This document shows positions 1 through 8,920 of a stretch of 20,000 bases of DNA, piece after piece. The position numbers were made by a program, and so were the translations under genes. Each line of letters opens with the position of its first letter. Position 1 is the stretch's first letter. The stretch lies in assembly GCA_013239625.1 (NCBI GenBank), contig MU053556.1, forward strand, positions 113,003 to 133,002, given 5' to 3'. The notes below the pieces were generated by a model. The model worked only from the letters and a program-made list of their open reading frames with translations. It was not told the DNA's origin and made no database searches. This DNA comes from Lama guanicoe. Its lineage: Eukaryota.

Positions 1-464
1 TCGGTTTGTAAATACTCACTTTGTAACTTGTCATTTAAAATTGTAATTATTAAGTACTTGTTCCAGAATGCTTTCTTTTCTGTTTTTAAAAGTTTGTTTC
101 CAAGATTATCAAAATGGTCATAGCTAAGTAGTACACGTGGGGAGACAGATGGAGAGAGGTAGTGTGGTTCATGTACAAACTGTGAGCAGTTTCATGGCTG
201 CCTTTAGGCTGGAGAAGCCACAGAAGAGTCCAGGAAAGACCAGGGATAGCTTTGTATGCACTTGAAAGCCAGCTTTCCTGCCTTTATGGAGAAGCCTGGT
301 GCGCGTGGCAGGTAGATGATCAAGGTCCGTTGGAGGTCATTGGCTGGACACAGCACTGTGTCTGTGAGAAGTGGAGACCAGTGCCATGGGAAATGCTTGG
401 TGGCAGGAACACTGCAGGGGAGCTGGGTAGCCTATGCGTTAAGGATTTTCCAGTCCTGGGAATT

Positions 465-665
465 GGAAGTTCAGACTCTGCATTCAGATCTGAGTTTGAA
501 TTCATCCTCTCTTGTTTACTGGTCCTCAGACTTTTGCCAAGTTATATACCCTCTTTGAACTCCTGTTTTCTTGTCTCTCAAAATAGGAGAATTACGCCCT
601 GCTGCTAGAGTGTTTGATCAGGGTAAATGATTTGTGTCTGTAACATGCCACGTACAGTCACAAGC
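465..665 (+). mobile_element. MIR SINE fragment (ancient, degenerate)
   Basis: Resembles the MIR core and 3' part: tctgagtttgaattc...ttgccaagttatataccctctttgaactcctgttttcttgtctctcaaaatagg...taaatgatttgtgtctgtaacatgc. Boundaries approximate. Confidence 0.65.
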
Positions 666-982
666 TCAGTGAGAAATGGGCTGTCGCCTCTTCTTCTGCA
701 ACTCAGTGCTTGACAAGACATGGGAGAAAGCCAGTCCCTAATTTGTGTGTGATGCAAGAAGGAACAAAATTAATGTCTTGCCTATCCCAGCAGTATTCTT
801 ACTCCTTAGCTTCATTTACTTCTTTCCTCCTTTCCTTTCCCCTTTCCCCTCCTCCACCAAAAGAGCCTGAGACTCTCTGAGAACACTAGATTCAAATCAC
901 TTTAAAGGTTGGCTCATCCTCATGAAATGATAGTAACATAAAAAAAATCTGTACACATCCCAGAATTCATTGTATTTGATTT

Positions 983-1023
983 ACACACACACACGTGCAC
1001 ACACACACACGCACACACACACA
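983..1023. repeat. (CA)n microsatellite, interrupted
   Basis: acacacacacacgtgcacacacacacacgcacacacacaca is directly visible. Confidence 0.95.
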
Positions 1024-1734
1024 ATCAGGGTACCTCCCACTTGCTGAGGGAGGAGGACCACTTTTTCTGAGTTTTCATTCAGTGAGCGTGAGAATAAAGT
1101 CTCTTATGTAGACATTCACCCGGCTTCGTGCATGGTGTTTTCAATTGGATTTCTGCTTTGTGGCCATAGAAATATTCTCCTAATAGAACACAGTAAGTGG
1201 AGACATAGACATTTTGCTGAGATATTGGTGTCATCATATTTGAGTTGGAATGGGCTTGAGACAGCAGAGTCATAACTTTTTATGGGTGAGAATCCATTAA
1301 AGTGTAACTTGGACAAAGACCTGGGTCTTCTGCCATCGTGTCCAAGCAGATGAAGAGGCAAATGGTTGTGGGATGGCAGGGATCCTTCTTGCTTGGGTTC
1401 CAGGGTCTTGCTAGTTTTCATTGCTCAGCTGCCTTTAGTTTATATCCATGTGGCCTCTCATGGGAAGGTCACTCTGTCCTTATAGACTGAGTTTCTAATC
1501 AGCAAAAAGCTCTGGATCCACTCATATTTCTCAGAGTTTTTCTGCTGACCTGCTGACACTTTATATAAATGAGACCTAAGAAACTACTGGATATAAAATC
1601 CTTACTGTTATCACTTGCCCTCGATTTCCATAGGAATGGGGTGCTGTCTCAGGCTGTCTAAGGCTATATTTGAACAATGATAGGGTGTTAGGCTGTGCTA
1701 CTGGACCCTCCACAGTCGAATGGGATTTCCACCT

Positions 1735-1900
1735 TAGTTTTTAGAATCAGGCAGACGCTTTCAAATCTTGCCTTTACCAGTTACTAGCTTTGTGACCTTG
1801 GGGAAGAAACTGCACTTATTTGTGTCCAATTTTCTTTATATGTAAATAGGTTCAGTATTTATTTTAATGTTTTTGTTATAGAATTGAATGAGCTAATTCC
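1735..1900 (+). mobile_element. MIR SINE fragment
   Basis: ttagaatcaggcagac...ttcaaatcttgcctttaccagttactagctttgtgaccttgggg...tgtaaatagg...gaattgaatgagctaa resembles the MIR consensus. Boundaries approximate. Confidence 0.75.
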
Positions 1901-2404
1901 CTCATTTATACCTAAAATACTGATCGTGTGGTTCAATGGTGGTGCCTTGGTAGTTGATTACTAAGGAACTCGGCAGTGAGAATAGGGGTGGGGGACCCCT
2001 GGATCATAGAGCTTATATTCCAGGATATGCTTGTAAAAGACTGGATGTGCAGTGGATTTTTAGTAAATATCCATTCCCTTCCTAATCCGCATTGATTGTT
2101 TATAAATCTTTATATTAATATATGAGCAATTTTTATTGCAATTTAAATCTCTTTGTAGTATTTAATATATGTAGCTATAACAAAAATACGTGAAATAAAA
2201 TGATTTGATTTTTTTCAATAAGCAAAACAAAAAAATAGAAAAGAAAAAATGTTTTGAAAGAGTAGAAATAATTTTATTTCCGTGGAATCAATTCCCAAGA
2301 TAGGTTTTTTGGTTGTGTTGTCAAACAGCAAATAAAATTGATAGGTTGTGACATAATGGAAATGAGGAAACAGTGGAGACATACTACCTCCAATACAGTC
2401 ATTT

Positions 2405-2944
2405 TGTTATCAAGTCCAATCTCGTTCTGCTTACTGCATGACAGGCCAATAAATCGGGAGATGAGCTGTTGGAGCAAGGAATAGTGACTTTATTTGAAAA
2501 GTTGGCAGACCCAGAAGATGGCATACTGTTATCCTGGGGAACCCTCTTCCCCAAGTCAGAATTCCGTCTCCTTTTATACTAAAAAGAGGTGGCGGTGTGG
2601 TTGGTTGTTGCAAACTTCTTGCTGTACGAATTGTTTGTCCTTGGAATCCTTTGTTCTTGCAGCTGTCCATGTGGATCAAATCATGGTGCCCCTGAAAAAC
2701 CTCCAAAAAAAACCCAAAGTTTATTCTCTGTTTTACAACTTGTCATCCCTATATAAGTGAAGAAGAGTTAACAGTCTTAAAGATCAGAGCCCGGAGAATA
2801 GGCTCTCCTGGATATTTCAGGCTAAAGGCAACTTTCTTTTACAAAAGGTGCAGAGCTAGCAAGTCTGAGCCTAGAAACAGGGCACACGGTTAAAGCCCAA
2901 GGAACACTTCTAACATGGAGTCAAATTTTTTCTTTTCTATTACA
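2405..2944 (-). mobile_element. ERV1-type solo LTR (540 bp) with 4-bp TSD ATTT
   Basis: TG...CA termini (tgttat at 2405, ttaca ending at 2944). Identical ATTT flanks at 2401-2404 and 2945-2948. Minus-strand TATAAAAG near 2571-2578, followed by AATAAA near 2488-2493. Confidence 0.85.
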
Positions 2945-4099
2945 ATTTCTTTTTCCACCTCATAAATAATTTTAGTAAGAAACATGAACAATTTTTTTAT
3001 TTTTGGTTCTTAATAACGGATAAGTGGGCCAACTACATTTTTGTGATCAGGGATGCTGTTCGGGCCTTGGGGTCACAGCAAACTCTTGTTGGGGGTGGTC
3101 AAACCTGCAACATGTCTGATGCCCCGTAAGTGTTGGTGAGGGTCCCCCTAACCAGGGGCTGCCTTCAGGAACCAGCATATGGGCATTGACCTCTGGAGAC
3201 CTCTTTTTCAGCTGCAGGAAATTTTTTCAGATACTGTGATTGAAAAATCATTCCAGCTGGGGATAATTAGGGAATAAAGGAAGAGGAAAAGGGCTTGGTG
3301 TAGAGTAGAAGAGAGGGACAGAAGATCAGAGAGCCTGGGGAATAGGCAGCTGGGCCTCGGGAAAGAGAGGAGCAGAGGTGGGGAGGGGCACGACCCTGGA
3401 ACCAGCTCCTGCACCGTCCCCGCACCCAAGCCACACAGCTCTTAATTGGTCCAGGATGCTCTCCTGTCTGGATGTCACCCTGGGCAGAACCATGAGAATC
3501 GAATGTAAGGGGTGGGCAGCACTCACATAGGGGTCACTGAGGACTTTGATCAAGTCCACAGTGCCTTTTCTGGTCATGTGTCTTCCCTTGCCCTTTATCT
3601 TAGGATCTGAAAAGCAGGAGCAAGGAACTCATGGAGAGATCCAGGAAGACATCTGACTGTGTAAGATACGACAGTCACAGCGACACGGGGAATGAAGACC
3701 CTTGCAGCAAAGTAAAATAACTTCACAACTATTGCATCAGAGCTGCAGGTGTGAGAGAGCCTAAGCCTGTCTCAGAGTGCAGGGGACAAAAGAAAAGGAA
3801 TGATTAAATTACCACTGACAATTGAAATTTTATTAAATAGCCTGCTCCTGTTAATTGTATCAATTGATTATGTGTAGGTGTATTTCTGTGAGCATTTATA
3901 TGTTCAAACAACCCCACCAGCCCCTCTTGCCCACATCGGGGATGGGCTTTCTCAAGCAGAGTGCCCCACCTGCTTGGGTGGGCCACACTGCGGGTCCTCG
4001 CCTGGGGCCGGGCTGCTGCTGGGCATTGAGTCCCCGAGGCCCGGCCTGTGAGACACGGCCCCAAAGCTCTTGACTGAGGGCCTCCTTTTCCTCCTGCAG

Positions 4100-4223
4100 C
4101 GTAAGAATGCTGGTGACTCAGTTAGAAGCATGCTTCGAAGCTGTCCGTGTCCTTGCCATCCAGAAGCAGAGCCTGGAAGCTTCCAAATTTCTCCAGAATG
4201 CGGTTTACTTTCACCTTCGACAG
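4100..4223 (+). pseudogene. TRAPPC9: Frameshifted, diverged copy of an internal TRAPPC9 (NIBP, TRAPPII subunit) coding exon
   Basis: Acceptor cctccttttcctcctgcag (AG at 4098-4099) and donor CAG|gtgagt (GT at 4224-4225). Translates as RKNAG, then in a shifted frame [37 protein letters not shown]. Recalled human TRAPPC9 is [42 protein letters not shown] (42 codons = 126 nt). This exon is 124 nt, implying a 2-nt deletion at the G-V codons (~4113-4114). Confidence 0.85.
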
Positions 4224-4864
4224 GTGAGTGTATGTCCACTTACAAGTGGAGGAATTACTGCAGTTTTTCTGAAACTTACTCACCACTAGTCCATCTGATT
4301 TTCCTGTGCTAGGATTCAGTATGACATGCTAAAAATTCTGGAGTCAGATCTTGAATCCCTGATGAAGAGGATTATTTATTTTATTTCTTTATATGATAGT
4401 ATTTTACTTTCAAAATTCAGAGTTTTCTGTTCTTTGAGGAATTTTTTCGGGGGTTGGAGAAACAACTTTGCTCTTACCATCTTTGGGACCTGTTTCTATA
4501 TGCCTCTCACATGTCTTGTCACTTGTGAGGCAGTTCCATTTGTGACCCTGTGCGGGTTGTTCATGTTATAAAATATAAAGCCTGTAAAAGTACAGTCCCT
4601 CTTACTTCGAAGATATTCCACAAATACTACTTAAATCTGGGTATGGTTTTAAGCATACAGAATCATTAGAACATGTACTTGCAGGTTGCTAGTGCAAAAT
4701 CCCCAAATCAATAGTCTAGCTCAACATCTAAAATCTTTCTAATCTTCCTTGGATTTGTGTACATAAGTGAAGCAGTTTGCCAAGAACTCAAGACCAGGTT
4801 TAGAAAACAGGCTGGTGTAGCTCAGCAGGTCCTCAGAAGCTGATGCTCTGCCAGAGGGCGGGGC

Positions 4865-5340
4865 CGAGGGGAGAGGGCGTGTCCTGCCCTCCCTGAGCTG
4901 ACAGTTTCATGGTAAAGACCTTCACCAGGTGAAGAACTGGGAGTTTCTTCTAAGAAGAGTGGGTTTGAAAAGAGTCCTAAGAGCACGGGAGTGACACAAT
5001 CCCATTTGTCTCAAGTAGGGGAGAGCGGCTGTGGGGCCACTTGGGAGACTCGTGAGCCCAGGTGGGCAGTGTTGGTGGCTTCCCCTTGAGCTGTGGGACG
5101 GTCAGTGGGTAAAAGTGAACAGAATGAAGGCATGTTTAGATGGTTAAAAGGAAAGGATGAATGCTGTCTGTGAAGGTAGGATGGAGTAAGGCCCAGGTTT
5201 CTGTGTGGATTAATGAGGTAAATGATTGTCATGCTGTGCTCTGAGGAGAGAAACTGCAGAGGGAGTTCTGGGGGGGAACTAAAGAGTTCAGCTCTGGGTA
5301 AAGTGAAAGGCTGTTCGATGTGTGATCTGGGAGCTCTGGT
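4865..5340 (-). mobile_element. L2 LINE fragments (very degenerate)
   Basis: Purine-rich text resembling antisense L2, e.g. tcctgccctccctgagctgacagttt and gagttcagctctgggtaaagtgaaaggctg. Boundaries approximate. Confidence 0.45.
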
Positions 5341-6339
5341 GAGAGCCAGTAGTGTGTAGGGGGAGAGGAGAGAGACTTTCAAATCATTTTGTCTTGTGAA
5401 CATACAAATAAGTATGAGTAATGACAGACTTAACACCTCTATATTCTGGATTTAAAGCCCTGTAAACTTTTGCTATATTGACTGCAGAGGTTCTTAATTT
5501 TTTTTTAATAGAAATAAAATAAATGGAAACTAAATAGTGTATTTAATGAACATCTAAGAGTTGATGTTTGTCCTTGTATGTATTTTGATACCTCATCTGT
5601 TTATAAACATAATCTACAAAAAGTTAGCTTGCTTAGCATAAGAGTTAAAAAGAGGGACGGGGCACACAATGTTGGGGGTTGAGGCTGATCTTCTTGGGCA
5701 AATTTTGTAGGCTTTCTGTGCCTTAGTTGCATCTTCTGTGACTGCCCCCGGCCCCCTCATCACAGCTGATTTCCTAGACTAGATGTTGGGAGGGAGGCTG
5801 CTGAAAGGAGTAAGAAGTGGCAACTGTTAGGGATACTGAAGAGAGAGACAAAAACAGATTAAGCCGATAAACTGAGTACAAATACCCTCAAAAGAGAAAG
5901 AATCCTGCAGTGTTTTGAGCCCCTTAGCATAAGGGAAACAAGATCAAGTGGACCCAAACTGTTAGAATGTGAGTATTGTGGGTGGGAGGGTGTCAGAAAA
6001 TGGTTGAGAAAAGGCCTTTTGGTTTCCCTTGACGTTTCCAGTAAGGATGGGACGCAGAAGCGAAAGCCCCCCTGCTTCACAGCGGAAGCTGCTGTTTTGT
6101 GCGAAACTGACCAAAGTTTGGAAACCAGTCATCAGTGGTGCTGGCAAATGAAGAGACTTCTGGATTGGGTGGGGCACTTGCTGTGACTTCCAGGTGACCT
6201 GCTGGCTGGGGGCTGTGAGGCGGACAGTAGGTTTGCAGGGTGGCCCGGGCATGATCCCTGGCTCTAAGGCTGCTGTTCTGATTAGCAGACCTTGGCACCC
6301 ACAGTCCTAATGGGGCAGCTCGTGATGTGGCCTGGGACA

Positions 6340-6660
6340 CCTGCCATGCTGAGGGGGAGAAGAGGGCTCCCCTGAGTTGGTGTCCCTGCGGAGAGTGGAA
6401 ACGTCCTCCTGCAGGGGAGGAAGATCCTCTGTACAGGTGGCCGAATGCATAGGCAAGACCAGCCTGAGCACGGAGGGTTTGGGGAGCTGGAAGTCATACA
6501 GTGGCCCGAACAGCCTTGTTCCTGAGAGACTGGAGGGAAAAGATGCTGAAAAAGGCAGGCTAGTGTCTGACCCTGTGGTGGGTTATGAGTGACAGGAAAG
6601 GACTGGCCAGGCAGGCACAAGAGAACCCTGTGAGCGTCCCAACTGGGGCGTCTCGCTGGA
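6340..6660 (-). mobile_element. Probable L2 fragment
   Basis: ggaagatcctctgtacaggtgg...gcataggcaagacc...gatgctgaaaaaggcaggctagtgtctgaccctgtgg loosely resembles antisense L2. Confidence 0.35.
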
Positions 6661-6679
6661 GGGAGTAGCAGAGTTATAG

Positions 6680-6760
6680 ACTTTTCAACTTATTAGCTGT
6701 GTGACTTTGAGCAATATCACCCCACTTCTCTCTCTATATATCTTGATGTGTAAAGTGACA
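6680..6760 (+). mobile_element. MIR core fragment
   Basis: acttattagctgtgtgactttgagcaa is a close match to the MIR core (acttactagctgtgtgaccttgggcaag). Confidence 0.7.
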
Positions 6761-7467
6761 GAGTGACCAGCTCGTGTCATCAGAAGGCTTAGTTTAGCTC
6801 TGATCCTCTGTGTCCAGTCCTGTCAGTGCTGCCCTGCAAGGTTCTGCAGCGGCTGCACTTACCCTGAGATGGGAGGGTGTAGAGGGACATTGTAGCACAC
6901 GAGGACAGGAAGGGACTGCTTTAGAAGCAGACATGTAGCCTGCTGAAGCTGCAGACCTGCAGGCAGTTTGGTTGATGGTCGTGGAGAGGACTTTGGAGGC
7001 CTTAGCGTCGTCTTAAGACTTGTTTTCCCTTGGGGACCGGATTTGCCTTTGCAGAATAATATTGAAGATTTGGGCTTCTGGCAAAGCTGTTTTCAGAGAT
7101 GGGTATATACGTAACATATCGTATAAAACAAAATGATTTATTTAACTTGTGGGACTTTGCAGCTGTTGGGAACAGCTCTGTTGGCCTGGTCTCCACGGAG
7201 GACACTAGGGGTCAGCAGAGCGTGCGTTAGGGCAGGCAGCCCGCAGTGCTGCTGCGGGGGGTTCTCCCCAGTAGGGCGCTCTGCTGAGTTGACTCTTCTC
7301 TGAGTTTGGATGCCAGATGAGCAGACAGCAAAGTAATGAGTTCTGGTGGGATTGTATAATGACAGGTAGAAAGAGGAACCCGTAGTTTTTGGGACTAGAA
7401 CAGGCTTCTGGTTCCTGAACCCGTGTGTTCCATGACAGAATTGATGAGTTTTGTCTATTCTGGGATT

Positions 7468-7956
7468 TGATTGAAATAAACGTTCAGCCTAAAAGTTAAG
7501 AGTTATGTTTTATTTGGCGGGAAGACTCGAGCCGGGATGACAGCCTCTCAGATCACTCTGAGGGACTACTCCCAAGGTGTATGGGAGGATCTAGGATATA
7601 TAGGAGCTTTACAACAAAGACCAGGTAGTTGGAACAATAAAACATTGCTTGTTATCTAAAGAAAGCCAGGTGTCTCAGGTTCAAGAATTTAGTGCTTTTC
7701 TATGTATGGGAGGAAGCAAACATTTTGGTCATTGAATTCCTTCCTTCGACAAGCACCTAGCTATCTAGGGCCAGTGTCCTGTCGTTTCTTATTCTGAGTC
7801 CGCTCAGAGGGCACCACTGTGAGTGGCTAAGAGGTTGGGCTGCAGGCATGTCCTCGCTGGAGGGTGGCAGCAGCCGCTGATGACTTGGTTTCAGCATTCT
7901 TTGTTTACTGACATGGTTGCAGTATTTTCATTCACATTGTAGTACTTTCATTCACA
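7468..7956 (-). repeat. 3' LTR of the provirus
   Basis: About 88-89% identical to 14058-14549. On the minus strand it starts TGTGAATG, with AATAAA near 7509-7514. The left terminus is uncertain by ~3 nt. Confidence 0.92.
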
Positions 7957-7970
7957 GTGCTCCCCCTTGG
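7957..7970 (-). promoter_or_regulatory. Polypurine tract (PPT)
   Basis: Minus-strand CCAAGGGGGAGCAC immediately precedes the TG of the 3' LTR. Confidence 0.75.
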
Positions 7971-8218
7971 TCCTAAATTCGACCAATATTTTGAGAGACA
8001 TTTCATGACCAATTTTGTCCCACGGTGCTAGGATGGCTCATTCCTAGTTCAGGTGAAGAATCTTCTGAACTGCCATTCAAGGTGTTAGGTGTTTTTATCA
8101 GGCCCTGTTCATACTAAAAGTTCTCTGGATCTCCTGTCTTACTAGTGTATTATGATCCAGGAAATGTTCACCCTTCGTTGGTCATTCCCATACCTAGAAT
8201 CACACTATAACAATTATT

Positions 8219-8389
8219 TTATGCAGGGCTATACATTTTATCTATTTCTTCAAGATGTTTAGCCATCATCAATCTTGTAGGCCTAGTTACACATAGGGAA
8301 ATGTAACAGACAACAATTTTATAAAATAGACAGGATATAAGTAATACAGCTAGTAACGTTAATAAAGTCATGAGTAAGAATTTAATAGC
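8219..8389 (-). pseudogene. env: ERV env remnant: TM membrane anchor plus cytoplasmic tail
   Basis: Minus-strand translation AIKFLLMTLLTLLAVLLISCLFYKIVVCYISLCVTRPTRLMMAKHLEEIDKMYSPA* is a hydrophobic span plus short tail, ~250 bp before the PPT, where env is expected to end. Confidence 0.7.
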
Positions 8390-8577
8390 CGAGAAGTTAT
8401 ATTTTTGGGTTAAAATTTTTCTTGTGTTTCTAATTGAGTTTGAGTTACCTTATGAGAAATTTCATATTTATGGGCAGGGTCAGAGCAGGTATTATTTGGC
8501 CAGGTGAGGTCACCCACCTTGTAAGATCAACAGTGGCCTAAAGAGAACTATAATTTCCTTTTTAGAAGAACGTTTCT

Positions 8578-8649
8578 GAGGGCTATCTAGTTAGAGCCTT
8601 TGAGTAGGGAAACCCACCAAAGTAACACAGAAGTACTAGATATAGGAGG
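8578..8649 (-). pseudogene. env: ERV env remnant: SU N-terminal segment
   Basis: Minus-strand PPISSTSVLLWWVSLLKGSN*IAL resembles the recalled class I env motif LPxSSxSGLPWWVSPLQGSDW, which follows the CWxC motif. Confidence 0.55.
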
Positions 8650-8769
8650 GTCAGCTGTTCAGATGTCGTCTTCTTCTCATCCTGGCCTGGTAGCTTTTAC
8701 TCCATTTGGGCATTATTTTAAGGTGAGCAGTGCTCTATAGGCCAGTGCACTGTAGGGTCTGTTTCTGAT

Positions 8770-8920
8770 CTGAAATGAATCTGAAAGTCCGTTTCCTTCA
8801 GCCTTGGTTTGTATGGTCTAGTTAAGAGTACCTGATAAAGGGTCCTTCCATTCAGGATGGAGACAGTTCTTTAAGTCATGCCTGTTCCAGTATGTATAAT
8901 CCCCTGGCTGCAGGTCATGG
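8770..8920 (-). pseudogene. pol: ERV pol remnant: integrase C-terminal GPY/F region, frameshifted
   Basis: Minus-strand HDLQPGDYTYWNRHDLKNCLHPEWK, then after a frameshift YQVLLTRPYKPRLKETDFQIH. This matches the class I integrase C-terminal pattern HxxQPGDxVxxK...LxPxWKGPYxVLLTxPxAxKxxGxxxWIH. Confidence 0.8.

Noticed and set aside
4097..4106. cagC-GTAAGA as a recursive splice site
   Set aside because: Recursive sites need AG directly followed by GT; here one base intervenes, and the motif results from the Y>R codon change.
4070..4312. ORFs 4070-4312 and 4107-4289 as stand-alone genes
   Set aside because: Each carries only part of the frameshifted TRAPPC9-like exon and runs into intron sequence past the splice sites.
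7055..7102. Possible 48-nt exon (tttgcag|AATAAT...AGATGG|gtatat; NNIEDLGFWQSCFQRW)
   Set aside because: Weak donor, and no resemblance to the next TRAPPC9 exon (LSEEEKIQRY...) or any protein I recognise.
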